A DNA stretch of 64,000 bases from assembly GCA_016188865.1 (NCBI GenBank), contig JACPGX010000001.1, positions 13,197-77,196 of the forward strand, read 5' to 3'. A program made the translations under genes and the position numbers. The notes under the pieces are model-generated. The model searched no databases and was not told the origin of the DNA. It was given only the letters and a program-made list of their open reading frames with translations. The first letter of the stretch is position 1. Every line of letters begins with the position of its first letter. This DNA comes from Candidatus Nealsonbacteria bacterium. Its GTDB lineage: Bacteria > Patescibacteriota > Minisyncoccia > Minisyncoccales > MHMH01. Below are positions 18,861 to 28,141 of the stretch, in pieces.

Positions 18861-18892
18861 AACAAAAAAGCGAACGAGGGTTACCGTTCGCT
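18861..18892 (-). terminator. intrinsic terminator after 18901-19197
   Basis: agcgaacg/cgttcgct stem followed on minus strand by TTTTTTGTTTT. Confidence 0.7.
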
Positions 18893-18900
18893 ATAATTTA

Positions 18901-19197
18901 TCATTCGATGTAGCCCCTCTCGCGCCCCCAGCGAAGCCAAGATTGTTTCATCTGTTCAACATCTCCTCGGGCTTCCGCGGGAACTGGGTCATCACCGCTC
19001 AATATTCTCAAGGCCCGATACCAGCTTCCTCCGCGTTCCCTCAAATCTTTCAGAATAAATGGAATAACTCCTTGACCCATAGAAATAATTTTCAAATAAT
19101 TGTCATTGTCCGTGATGCGAGACGGAGAAGACAGAAAATCAGTCTCCTTATGCCATTGATTTGCTAGCTCAACGAATCTTTTCTCTAATTTCTCCAC
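18901..19197 (-). CDS. hypothetical protein
   Basis: 98 aa; GTG start preceded by AAGGAGGAAAA SD; own terminator. Confidence 0.6.
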   Translation of the reverse strand: MEKLEKRFVELANQWHKETDFLSSPSRITDNDNYLKIISMGQGVIPFILKDLRERGGSWYRALRILSGDDPVPAEARGDVEQMKQSWLRWGRERGYIE

Positions 19198-19235
19198 TTT
19201 TCCTCCTTATTTTCTTTTTTTGTTTACTTTCTGTC

Positions 19236-20216
19236 CTACAATTTCTTTCCCACAAACTCGACGAACTCTGCCAATCTACAGGCGTAACCATACTCGTTAT
19301 CGTACCAAGCCAGGACTTTCACCAAATTATCTTTCGCCATGGTCAGGGGCAAATCAACTGTGGCCGAATATGTATTGCCGATGTAATCCGAAGAAACCAA
19401 AGGGGCTTCTTCAACGCCTAAAATTCCTTTCATTTCTTTTGTCGCTTCCTTAAAAGCTGAATTGACCTCATCTGCAGATGCTTTCTTTTCTACTTGGCAA
19501 ATTAAATCCAAAACGGAAACAGTCGGAACGGGAACCCTTATGGCAATTCCATCTAATTTCCCTTCTAATTCGGGAATAATTTTGCCTATAGCTTTAGCAG
19601 CTCCAGTACTCGTGGGAATCATATTTAAATCTGCTGCCCTCGCCCTTCTCAAATCCTTGTGGGGTAAATCTAAAATTCTCTGATCATTGGTGTAAGCGTG
19701 GCAGGTGGTCATGAAACCTTTTACGATTTTAAAATTGTCGTTCAAAACTTTAGCTACTGGAGCCAGACAATTAGTAGTGCAAGAGGCTAAATCTAAAATA
19801 TCGTATTTTTGAAGATCTAATTTATCCCCATTTACTCCGAGAACAAAAGAAGGAATTTTATCCGGATCTTTTGAGGGAGAGGAAATTATTACTTTCTTAG
19901 CTCCAGCTGTAATATGTTTTTTGGCTTCATCATACTTAGTAAATTCACCCGTAGACTCTATCACCACATCAATCCCTAATTCTTTCCAAGGCAAATGAGC
20001 CGGGTCTTCTTCGGCGAAAAATTTAACATTTAATAATGCTTCTGCTGACTTCTCATCTCTTCCGTAAACTGAATCATATTTCAAAAGATGAGCAAGAGTT
20101 TTCTGGTCGCCCAAATCGTTAATTGCTACAACTTTTAAATTGGGATGGTGGCCGATTATTCTCCGGAATGTCGGTCGGCCGATTCTCCCAAAGCCATTAA
20201 TGGCAACTTTTATCAT
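19236..20216 (-). CDS. gap: glyceraldehyde-3-phosphate dehydrogenase, type I
   Basis: INGFGRIGR N-terminus, active-site SCTTNCLAP. Confidence 0.9.
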   Translation of the reverse strand: MIKVAINGFGRIGRPTFRRIIGHHPNLKVVAINDLGDQKTLAHLLKYDSVYGRDEKSAEALLNVKFFAEEDPAHLPWKELGIDVVIESTGEFTKYDEAKKHITAGAKKVIISSPSKDPDKIPSFVLGVNGDKLDLQKYDILDLASCTTNCLAPVAKVLNDNFKIVKGFMTTCHAYTNDQRILDLPHKDLRRARAADLNMIPTSTGAAKAIGKIIPELEGKLDGIAIRVPVPTVSVLDLICQVEKKASADEVNSAFKEATKEMKGILGVEEAPLVSSDYIGNTYSATVDLPLTMAKDNLVKVLAWYDNEYGYACRLAEFVEFVGKKL

Positions 20217-20217
20217 G

Positions 20218-20451
20218 TTATATTTTTAATATCTTGCTTATTTTTTCTCTATCAAAACCGATGATAATTTCCCCGTCAATATCAATTACCGGCACTCCCA
20301 TTTGGCCTGATTTGTGAATCATTTCTTCTCGCGCTTGAGCGTCTTGGGCAACGTTGGCGTCCTCAAAGGCAATATCCCTTTCTTTCAAAAATTCTTTCAA
20401 TGTAACACAATAAGGACAAGTTGGCGTAGAATATATTTTTATTTTGGCCAT
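20218..20451 (-). CDS. glutaredoxin-like protein
   Basis: 77 aa; KIYSTPTCPYC redox motif. Confidence 0.8.
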   Translation of the reverse strand: MAKIKIYSTPTCPYCVTLKEFLKERDIAFEDANVAQDAQAREEMIHKSGQMGVPVIDIDGEIIIGFDREKISKILKI

Positions 20452-20471
20452 AAATTTATTTTAATTAATAA

Positions 20472-20777
20472 TTAATGTAAATTAAAAGCTGATGAAAAAA
20501 GATATTTACCATCTTTGGTCAGGAATGAATCGTATTCCGTATCTTTAATTTTTAAATGTATTTTATAAACGCCGCTTTCTTCAGTTATGCCCAAGAGAGA
20601 AGCCGCGACACTATCCCCCTCTAATGCCTGATTAATAAAATCTATAGCGAGTTTGCCTGCCTCATTTATGGAGGGGTCTCCATTATTTTGATTCTGCCAT
20701 AAATTAAAAAAACCCAATCCAATTGTCAGTACTGCGGCGAAAATAATAATAACTGTTATATTTTTACTCATATTCAT
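20472..20777 (-). CDS. small membrane-anchored protein, unknown function
   Basis: 101 aa, N-terminal TM. Confidence 0.55.
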   Translation of the reverse strand: MNMSKNITVIIIFAAVLTIGLGFFNLWQNQNNGDPSINEAGKLAIDFINQALEGDSVAASLLGITEESGVYKIHLKIKDTEYDSFLTKDGKYLFSSAFNLH

Positions 20778-21336
20778 ACTCTAATATACCGCCATATGGT
20801 ATTTCAAGATTAATTATATCACTATCTGATATTTTCTCAATATACTTAACCAAGGCCCTCAAACTATTATGGCTGGCTACAACTAAAATATCTTTTCCTA
20901 ACTCAAGGTCCTTTTCAATATATTCTTTAAAAAAAGATACTGCCCTTTCATAAACATCTTTTAAGCTCTCGCCTCCCGGAGGAGCCTGATCCCAGCTTCT
21001 CCTCCATAATTTAACCCGTTCTTCTCCGTATTTTTTCTTTACTTCGTCTTTGTTCAGACCTTGCAATTTGCCGTAATTTCTTTCATCCAAAGCCTTGTTA
21101 ATGACAATCGGAACATTTTTTTTGCTCAGATAACCCAAAATTAAAGAGGTGGTTTCCCTATTCCTGGCCAGAGGCGAAGTGTAAACTTTATCTATTTTAG
21201 CGTCGACTAATTTATCGGCAATTTCTTTTGCGTTCTCAATCCCCTCCTTGCTCAAAGGAACATCAGTCCAACCGGTAAATCTGTTTTCCAAATTCCACTG
21301 CGACTGAAGATGCCTTAGTAAAATTAGTTTCGCCAT
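20764..21336 (-). CDS. gpmA: 2,3-bisphosphoglycerate-dependent phosphoglycerate mutase
   Basis: LILLRHLQSQWNLENRFTGWTDVPLS; start moved to ATG 21336 because ORF-track extension runs through the eno terminator hairpin. Confidence 0.85.
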   Translation of the reverse strand: MAKLILLRHLQSQWNLENRFTGWTDVPLSKEGIENAKEIADKLVDAKIDKVYTSPLARNRETTSLILGYLSKKNVPIVINKALDERNYGKLQGLNKDEVKKKYGEERVKLWRRSWDQAPPGGESLKDVYERAVSFFKEYIEKDLELGKDILVVASHNSLRALVKYIEKISDSDIINLEIPYGGILEYEYE

Positions 21337-21337
21337 A

Positions 21338-21386
21338 CGAATAAAAGAGGTCCGACCCCGCAAAAAATTGTGCGGGGTCGGACCTC
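21338..21386 (-). terminator. intrinsic terminator after eno
   Basis: 16-bp stem gaggtccgaccccgca/tgcggggtcggacctc followed on minus strand by TTTTATT. Confidence 0.75.
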
Positions 21387-21392
21387 CAGATA

Positions 21393-22460
21393 TTATTTTA
21401 ATTCCTCCTCTATTTTTAATAATCTATTATATTTAGCCACTCTTTCTCCTCTGGCCGGAGCCCCGGCTTTGATATAGTCGGCTCCGATGCCCACCGCCAG
21501 GTCGGCAATAAAATCGTCATTGGTTTCGCCAGATCTGTGCGAAACTATTATTTTCCAGCCGTAGGATTTAGCTAATCTTGCCGCCTGCAGAGCTTCCGAT
21601 ACCGTGCCAATTTGATTAATTTTCAAAATCATCGCATTGCAAAGATTTTTTTCTTTTGCCATTTTTATTCTTTCGGGATTAGTTGCCAGCAAATCATCGC
21701 CGATTATTAAAATATTTTTAGGTTTAAATTCCTGCCAACTCTGAAGATTATCTTCCATAAATGGATCTTCCAGCCCAATAATAGGATATTTTTTAATTAA
21801 TTTATAATAATAAGCCGGGTCATATTGTTTTCTGGCGGCAACATCAATAATAATTTTAACATTATATTTGGATAAAAGATCCAGAGCTTCTTCCGCCTTT
21901 TTAAAAGGCGGCGCAAATCCCCCTTCGTCTCCGACATTTTTCCCTAATTTTTTGCGCAAGTCCCGGTAAATTTCCGACGCCCTTTGGATGCTACAAACTG
22001 CCATAAACTCCTGGAAATCAAGGTCATTGGTGGCATGCATTCCCCCATTAATCATATTAAAAGCCGCCTGAGGCAAAATAATCTTACGAGGCTTCGCCTC
22101 GTAAATTTTGGCCGCATATGAGTATAGGGGTAGATTTTTGGCTGCGGCTGCGGCTCCGGCTCTGGCCACTGCCATGGAAACCGGAGTCGTGGCATTGGTC
22201 CCGACATTCAATTTTTTAAGAATTTCGTCAATCCCCTTTTGGTCTAAAACATCTTTTCCATTTAACTCTCTGCTTACTAAACTATTTATATTCTTCACCG
22301 CAACTTCCGGAGACGCGGTTTTAGCTTCGTATTTGCCGGTAGATGCTCCCGAGGGGGCAGAGTCAGTAAAAATACCTTGATTTGTCTCAAGGTTAACTTC
22401 CGCCGTCCAGTTTCCCCTCGAATCCAAAATTTTCCTAGCCGTGATTGATAATATATTCAT
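21393..22460 (-). CDS. eno: enolase (compact, ~355 aa)
   Basis: ARKILDSRGNWTAEV..SGASTG..EA, ..SHRSGET..; start at MNILSI (22460). Confidence 0.85.
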   Translation of the reverse strand: MNILSITARKILDSRGNWTAEVNLETNQGIFTDSAPSGASTGKYEAKTASPEVAVKNINSLVSRELNGKDVLDQKGIDEILKKLNVGTNATTPVSMAVARAGAAAAAKNLPLYSYAAKIYEAKPRKIILPQAAFNMINGGMHATNDLDFQEFMAVCSIQRASEIYRDLRKKLGKNVGDEGGFAPPFKKAEEALDLLSKYNVKIIIDVAARKQYDPAYYYKLIKKYPIIGLEDPFMEDNLQSWQEFKPKNILIIGDDLLATNPERIKMAKEKNLCNAMILKINQIGTVSEALQAARLAKSYGWKIIVSHRSGETNDDFIADLAVGIGADYIKAGAPARGERVAKYNRLLKIEEELK

Positions 22461-23352
22461 AAGCGGATAAGGCGGCTTTGCAGCCTTCGCCGGCTGCAAT
22501 GACAATTTGCTTCCACCTTACGTCAGTTACGTCGCCGGCAGCGAAAAGGCCGGGGGTTTTTGTCATATTATTTTTTGGATCAATTTTTATTTCATCTTTC
22601 TCGGAAAACTCCACTAAATCTTTAGCAAAAGAAGTGGCCGGCTGCGAACCTATCTCCACAAAAACTCCCTGAACATTGAGAGTAATTAATTTTTGCGATT
22701 TCCTATCTTGATAAATAACGGAGTCTACAAAATCTTTTCCCTTAATTTCTTTAATGGCAGCGTTAGTTATAACTTCGATGTCGTATTTCTGGGCAAGCTT
22801 TTGATTGATTTCATCTGCTTTGATTTGAGGAGAAAATTCCAAAATGTAAACTTTCTTGGCATAACTGTGCAGGGAAATGGCTGCTTCAAATCCGGAATTT
22901 CCTCCCCCAACGACTGCCACTTCTTTATCACCAAATAAAGGGCCGTCGCAGGCAGTGCAATAAGATACTCCCTTGCCTATAAATTCTTTTTCGCCCGGCA
23001 CTTCCAAAGGTCTCGGGTCGGCTCCGGAAGTAACAATCACCGCTTTTGATTGAAACTGCTTTCCGGATGTTGCTGAAACGTAAAAACCGCCGCTAACTTT
23101 TTCAACCTTGCTAACTGAGTCTATTTCTATGTCAATCTTATTCTTTCTCAAATGTTTTTCAAATTTCTGCATCAAATCCAAACCAGATATTTTTTCAAAA
23201 CCAGGATAATTCTCAATATCCACGGATTTCCTTGTCATTTGTCCGCCGAAGGACTTTGCTATTAAAAGAGTATTCAAATTTTGTCTGGCAGCATAAATGC
23301 CCGCTGCCACTCCTGCCGGCCCGCCGCCAATGATAATTAAGTCGTATAGCAT
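22435..23352 (-). CDS. trxB: thioredoxin-disulfide reductase
   Basis: DLIIIGGGPAG, redox CTACDG; start at ATG 23352. Confidence 0.85.
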   Translation of the reverse strand: MLYDLIIIGGGPAGVAAGIYAARQNLNTLLIAKSFGGQMTRKSVDIENYPGFEKISGLDLMQKFEKHLRKNKIDIEIDSVSKVEKVSGGFYVSATSGKQFQSKAVIVTSGADPRPLEVPGEKEFIGKGVSYCTACDGPLFGDKEVAVVGGGNSGFEAAISLHSYAKKVYILEFSPQIKADEINQKLAQKYDIEVITNAAIKEIKGKDFVDSVIYQDRKSQKLITLNVQGVFVEIGSQPATSFAKDLVEFSEKDEIKIDPKNNMTKTPGLFAAGDVTDVRWKQIVIAAGEGCKAALSAYEYIINHG

Positions 23353-23356
23353 TATT

Positions 23357-24220
23357 TTAGTGTAAAACTTCGGGAATAGCTTCAATCAAGTCGGTGGCCA
23401 TAAGTCCATCCTTTTTAGATTCGCTGGCTATTTCTCCGGCCTTGCCGTTGATATAGGCTGCCGCTTGTCCTGCCAAAAATGGATTTATACCTCTAGCCAT
23501 TAAGGCCCCGGCGATTCCAGCTAAAGTATCGCCGCAGCCGCCTACTGTCATATATGGATTGCCCGTCTTATTCACGGCTACTTCTTTACCGTCGGAAATA
23601 ATATCTATTTTGCCTTTAAGCAAAATAGTTGTTCCAAGCCTAAGGGCCTCTTCCTGGGTCGCCTTGATTCTCTCTTCATCTGTTTTACCGATAACCTCCT
23701 TGCCGGTTAATACAAAAAACTCGTAACCGTGAGGAGTAAAAAGAAAATTTTTACCTTTATAAACATCGGGTTTTTGGGCTATAGCATAAATCGCGTCGGT
23801 ATCGACTACAACTGGCACTGAAATGTGCGATAAGTACTCCAAAATTGCCTCTTGCGTTTCCTTGCTTCTGCCCAATCCCCCGCCGATTACTACAGCGGCA
23901 TTTTCTCTGGCTACGATTTTAGCCGATTCTGTCATAGAAATCAGGGTTGCTACGTCCGGCTTATCCAGCCATTTACCCTCCAACGGATAAGCTGCTAGAT
24001 TCGGAGAAAAAGAAGCGATGATATCTGCCGCTCTTTTGGGCGCTAAAATTCTTACCATATCAACGCCTGCCCTGAAAGCTGCCATTGAGGCTAAGGCGGG
24101 AGAGCCGGAATAAAAATCAGAACCGCCGATTACCACCAGCATCCCAAAATCATATTTTCTGGAATCTTCCGGCCTTGGTTTATAAATATTTTTCAAAATA
24201 TCTTTTGAAACTTCTATCAT
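23357..24220 (-). CDS. nnrD: ADP-dependent NAD(P)H-hydrate dehydratase (YjeF C-terminal family)
   Basis: 287 aa; ..GGSDFYSGSPALA.., ..GCGDTLAGIAGAL.. Confidence 0.8.
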   Translation of the reverse strand: MIEVSKDILKNIYKPRPEDSRKYDFGMLVVIGGSDFYSGSPALASMAAFRAGVDMVRILAPKRAADIIASFSPNLAAYPLEGKWLDKPDVATLISMTESAKIVARENAAVVIGGGLGRSKETQEAILEYLSHISVPVVVDTDAIYAIAQKPDVYKGKNFLFTPHGYEFFVLTGKEVIGKTDEERIKATQEEALRLGTTILLKGKIDIISDGKEVAVNKTGNPYMTVGGCGDTLAGIAGALMARGINPFLAGQAAAYINGKAGEIASESKKDGLMATDLIEAIPEVLH

Positions 24221-24235
24221 AATATCTTAATTTAA

Positions 24236-25105
24236 TTATAATTTTTCTTTTAAAAATTTTTGGAGTTCCTCCCCGTATGAAGGATGGTGCAGAGAAAAAT
24301 AAAGATTAGATTTTAACCAGCGAAGTTTATCGCCGCACTCCAGCCACTCGCCGTCAATTTCGTAACCATAAATTGTTTTTCCAGCTTGAATCATTCTTTC
24401 AAAGGCCTGAGCTAAAATAATCTCGCCCTTCTCATTACGCTGAGTTTTTTTGAGAAATTCGAAAACTTCGGGGGTAATAACATATCTCCCCACTATTGCT
24501 AAATTAGATGGAGCAGAATCAATGGCTGGTTTTTCAACGATTTTTTTAATTTTGTAAAGTCGTGAAGCGATCTTTTCCACTCCCACTACCCCATAATGTG
24601 GTAATTTTTCTTTTGATATTTTTTTCAGGGCAATAATCGGTTTTTGGCAAGTTTGAAAAACTTCTAAAAGCTGCGTAAGGCAGGGTATTTTTGAATCCAC
24701 AACATCATCGGCGAAAAAAACTCCACAAGGCTCATCGGAATATTTTCTGGCCTGTAAAATAGCATGGCCATCGCCCAAGGGCTCTTTTTGCGTAGCGAAA
24801 GAAAATGTTATATTTTTAGAAAGATCTTTTAGTTGGTTTAGTTCTGTTAGAATATCGTCTTTTTTCTTATCTTGAAGAAATTTTTCCAACTTTTGGGAAG
24901 GATTAAAGTATGATGAAATTTCGCGCTGTTTGCCGGCAGAAACGACAAAAACTACTTCCTCAATTCCAGAAGCAAGGGCCTCTTCCAAAAGATACTGTAT
25001 GGTAGATTTATCAGCTAAGGGTAAAAATTCTTTTGGAACAGCTTTCGAAAGAGGCAAAAGACGCGTGCCCAAGCCAGCGATAGGGATTATGGCTTTTTTA
25101 ATCAT
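24236..25105 (-). CDS. galU: UTP--glucose-1-phosphate uridylyltransferase
   Basis: KAIIPIAGLGTRLLPLSKAVPKEFLP. Confidence 0.85.
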   Translation of the reverse strand: MIKKAIIPIAGLGTRLLPLSKAVPKEFLPLADKSTIQYLLEEALASGIEEVVFVVSAGKQREISSYFNPSQKLEKFLQDKKKDDILTELNQLKDLSKNITFSFATQKEPLGDGHAILQARKYSDEPCGVFFADDVVDSKIPCLTQLLEVFQTCQKPIIALKKISKEKLPHYGVVGVEKIASRLYKIKKIVEKPAIDSAPSNLAIVGRYVITPEVFEFLKKTQRNEKGEIILAQAFERMIQAGKTIYGYEIDGEWLECGDKLRWLKSNLYFSLHHPSYGEELQKFLKEKL

Positions 25106-26421
25106 AAATTATTTTGTCTCCTTAAAAAGGCTGGTATATTCCACTTTTCTTCCGCCTCAAGTAGTTCTTGCTCGGTCTTTTCAGTGTCCTTCTTCAAGTC
25201 AAGAGCATTTTTCCTAGTAAAAACACTTGCTATCGCAGGCGATGGGTTAGAAACGGGAGCTTTTTTTTCTTTCTTCTTAATTGTCGGTTTTTTTGATTTC
25301 TTTGATTTTAACTGGGTTTTTGGCTGAGTTTTTTGTTCGGGCTTCGGCTCTTGCTTTGGCTCTTGCTTTGGCTTAATTTTATTATCCCTTCTTTCGTCTT
25401 GCTTGACGCCAACTCCTACAGCCAAAAGAGTAATCCTGAGCTTATCATTATAGCTGCCATCCTGAGAAACTCCGAAAATAATTTTTGCCCGGCGATTAAA
25501 ATCGGAAATTGCCCTGCTGATTGCTTCCACTTCCATCATTCCCAAATCTTTTGAAGCCGTAATATTAAAAACAATTTTTTCCGCGCCATCGATAGTATAT
25601 TCATTCAGGGGACTGCTTAAAAGTTCTTTGATAGATTCTTCTGCGCGATTTTCCCCTTGGCCATAAGCTGTATTTAAATAAGTTAATTTGCCTTTGCCGT
25701 CTAAAATAGTTTTAAGGTCGGCGAAATCAATATTAACAATGCCGGGAAAATAAATCATTTCAATAAGCCCCCTGAGATTTTCCGAAAGACGTTTGTTAAC
25801 TGCGGAAAAAGCATCAATTATCGGCGTATCTTTATTAATAATCTGAAAAATATTTTCATTAGGTATGACGGAAAAAGCATTTAAATTTGGTATTGCCCTT
25901 TCCAAACTAGCTCTGGCAATCTGGGCTCTTTTTGCTCCTTCAAATTTAAAAGGCAAAGTAAAAATCCCAAAAGACATTACTCCCAGCTCTTTAGCAATTT
26001 TTATAAACTCCGGGGCGGCGCCCGATCCGGTCCCGCCGCCTAAACAAGCAACAAAAATCGCCAAATCCACTTCCTTTAAAAGCTGGCTTATTTTTTGTTT
26101 TGCTTCATGGGCTGACTTTTGGCCGACTTTCGGATCCATGCCGCAGCCCAAGCCATGTGTTAAATTTTGGCCGAACTGGAAAATTTTTGCCTTTTTCTTG
26201 ATTGCTTTTAACGCCTGCAAATCAGTGTTGGCCGTTACAAAATCAATTTTTTTCAATTGAGAAGAAATTTCTGAAATTATGGAACCGGCCCCTCCGCCAA
26301 CGCCAATAATCCTCATCTTGGTTTTGTGGACTCCGTCTTCGGTCTTTGGAATACTTAGTCCCGACTTTGTCGAGGATCCTCGGCTATGTCGGGATTTTTT
26401 AGCGCTTACTTTCTTCTTCAT
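25102..26421 (-). CDS. ftsZ: cell division protein FtsZ
   Basis: GVGGGAGSII.., tubulin signature GGGTGSGAAP; basic N-terminal extension and K/P-rich linker. Confidence 0.9.
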   Translation of the reverse strand: MKKKVSAKKSRHSRGSSTKSGLSIPKTEDGVHKTKMRIIGVGGGAGSIISEISSQLKKIDFVTANTDLQALKAIKKKAKIFQFGQNLTHGLGCGMDPKVGQKSAHEAKQKISQLLKEVDLAIFVACLGGGTGSGAAPEFIKIAKELGVMSFGIFTLPFKFEGAKRAQIARASLERAIPNLNAFSVIPNENIFQIINKDTPIIDAFSAVNKRLSENLRGLIEMIYFPGIVNIDFADLKTILDGKGKLTYLNTAYGQGENRAEESIKELLSSPLNEYTIDGAEKIVFNITASKDLGMMEVEAISRAISDFNRRAKIIFGVSQDGSYNDKLRITLLAVGVGVKQDERRDNKIKPKQEPKQEPKPEQKTQPKTQLKSKKSKKPTIKKKEKKAPVSNPSPAIASVFTRKNALDLKKDTEKTEQELLEAEEKWNIPAFLRRQNNL

Positions 26422-26437
26422 ACATTTTCCATTATTA

Positions 26438-26468
26438 CAAACAAAAAAGCGGGGGTCAATACCTCCGC
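26438..26468 (-). terminator. terminator, copy A of a 31-bp direct repeat
   Basis: caaacaaaaaagcgggggtcaatacctccgc identical to 27703-27733; minus strand gcggagg..cccccgc + TTTTTTGTTTG. Confidence 0.7.
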
Positions 26469-26475
26469 CTTAAGA

Positions 26476-26940
26476 TTACTTTTTATAAAGTTCTCTGGCA
26501 TCTTTTCGCAAAAAAACCTGCGAAACACCAACTCTTATTATTTCATCCCAACAGGGCTCACATACCCACCAATGACCATCTAAATACATACTGGCGCCCT
26601 TGGGGTCGCTTCCTTTATTCAGGGTGTCGCGGATTGCCATAACTTCGCAGTGCCCTTCTTGTTTACAAACCGTCTTACAAAACTCGTACCCAGTGCCAGT
26701 GGGGCAATTACGGATTACTCTTGGACAAACCTCTACTTTTTCACCAGCGTTTACGCCACGACCGATAATCTTTCCTCGCTTAACAATAACTGCGGCGGTT
26801 GGTTGCTTAATGCAACCAGAATTAGCCAGTATTTTCGTCGCTTCTTTCATAAATTTATTAGTCGGACTTACGTATAGAATCTTTCGGTTTTTAGGCAGAT
26901 ATGGCAGCAATCTCGTCCTCCATTTTTCACCTCTTAACAT
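26476..26940 (-). CDS. dCMP/cytidine deaminase family protein (ComEB-like)
   Basis: 154 aa; zinc motifs HCEVMAI and CEPCWDEI, extra Cys cluster. Confidence 0.75.
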   Translation of the reverse strand: MLRGEKWRTRLLPYLPKNRKILYVSPTNKFMKEATKILANSGCIKQPTAAVIVKRGKIIGRGVNAGEKVEVCPRVIRNCPTGTGYEFCKTVCKQEGHCEVMAIRDTLNKGSDPKGASMYLDGHWWVCEPCWDEIIRVGVSQVFLRKDARELYKK

Positions 26941-26941
26941 T

Positions 26942-27667
26942 TTATTCGAGACTTATTTCTTTAAAAACCGACGTCTCTCTTAATTCTCTCTTGGCTTGAA
27001 GCCAATCGTTGATAAATCTTTGAGCTTCTTTAATCCCGTCCATCTCATTGATCAAAAATTCTCTACTAGTTAGGGATGGAAAATTTTTCTTTCCGAGACA
27101 ATCGGGATAGCTTGACCAGCGATAATTTTCTATAAATTCTATTACTTTATTTAACTCTTTACCAATAATTCCACCCTCTTTCCAGTTTGGTATCAAAATC
27201 GCCACTGGATTAGTATGGATATAAACAAAGACTATTTTTAATTGATTATCATTCTCAATATGAATAGCTCTATACCTTCCGTCAAACAGCCGGCCTTTCC
27301 TTTGATATTTTTTGTTGTAGTATCCTCCGTAGCCTGCGCCAATTTTTCTCATAAGCTTGCTAATGCCCCCGTCTGAAACTTGTCTAACTAATAAGTGGAT
27401 ATGATTTGACATTAGGCAAAAAGCTAAAACTTCCACTAACAATTTTCTCTTCGTAAATAGAGCGAGAACACTTCTCGCTCTATTGGGTATCTCATTTCCT
27501 TGTCTACGATAAGTAGAAATTGCTGCATTATTATTATTAAAAACAAACAAGCTATGGATCATTCTATAATAATCTTTTTCATTGCGAAAAAGCTTCATCC
27601 CCTCGATTGCTCGAATTACGATGTGGTATATTTCTCCATTAATTAATGGTGGTCGTTTAACTGGCAT
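26942..27667 (-). CDS. HUH/Y1 transposase-like protein, copy 2
   Basis: MPVKRPPLINGEIYHIV.., HUH LMSNHIHLLV, Tyr motif VYIHTNPV; ORF-track start 27763 rejected (runs through hairpin and terminator). Confidence 0.8.
   Translation of the reverse strand: MPVKRPPLINGEIYHIVIRAIEGMKLFRNEKDYYRMIHSLFVFNNNNAAISTYRRQGNEIPNRARSVLALFTKRKLLVEVLAFCLMSNHIHLLVRQVSDGGISKLMRKIGAGYGGYYNKKYQRKGRLFDGRYRAIHIENDNQLKIVFVYIHTNPVAILIPNWKEGGIIGKELNKVIEFIENYRWSSYPDCLGKKNFPSLTSREFLINEMDGIKEAQRFINDWLQAKRELRETSVFKEISLE
27456..27484. repeat. intragenic palindrome of copy 2
   Basis: aatagagcgagaa cac ttctcgctctatt; same stem as 27668-27700 with inverted loop; encodes ..NRARSVLALF.. Confidence 0.8.
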
Positions 27668-27700
27668 ATAATAGAGCGAGAAGTGTTCTCGCTCTATTAT
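27668..27700. repeat. 15-bp-stem palindrome abutting the start codon of copy 2
   Basis: ataatagagcgagaa gtg ttctcgctctattat, ends 1 nt from ATG(27667). Confidence 0.8.
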
Positions 27701-27702
27701 CG

Positions 27703-27733
27703 CAAACAAAAAAGCGGGGGTCAATACCTCCGC
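27703..27733 (-). terminator. terminator, copy B of the 31-bp direct repeat
   Basis: Identical to 26438-26468; directly downstream of 27747-28076. Confidence 0.7.
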
Positions 27734-27746
27734 TTTAACAAGAGTC

Positions 27747-28076
27747 TTATTCCTTGAAACCAAACCTTGTTTCTAAGCCGGCTCTACGGCAAATCCAGTG
27801 GATCATCGCGGCATCCATGATAATTCCTATCGGTCCCAAGATAATACTTGGAATTCCCACAAAGACCTCATCGTATGCAGTCCAAACTCGTCCCCTTGTT
27901 TCAGTCTTATAAAATTTCGTCATGCCCCTTCCAATGAACCCCAGAACAATCCAGAGAAAAATTGCGAACATCCAAAATATGAATGCAAATGAAAATATGG
28001 GGCCAGTGAAAACTGCTAGCATCACACGATGGAAAAAATCGCCAAGCAACTCTCCGATAAGTTCAAATATCCACAT
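27747..28076 (-). CDS. small multi-pass membrane protein, unknown function
   Basis: 109 aa, hydrophobic segments; AAGGAGGT SD. Confidence 0.6.
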   Translation of the reverse strand: MWIFELIGELLGDFFHRVMLAVFTGPIFSFAFIFWMFAIFLWIVLGFIGRGMTKFYKTETRGRVWTAYDEVFVGIPSIILGPIGIIMDAAMIHWICRRAGLETRFGFKE

Positions 28077-28141
28077 TGTTGCAACCTCCTTTCTTTTTTA
28101 ATGTTCCAGATAACGAATACTAGCATACACATTAAAAAAAG

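Noticed and set aside
26942-27763. ORF-track N-terminal extensions (copy 2 to 27763, gpmA to 21363, eno to 22505, trxB to 23385, dnaJ to 57599, trpB2 to 29563, AAA+ to 62587, corA from 62544, hrcA to 60767, rpsB to 7679)
   Set aside because: The extensions run through terminators, hairpins or upstream genes. Internal starts align with conserved protein N-termini and with SD or -10 signals.
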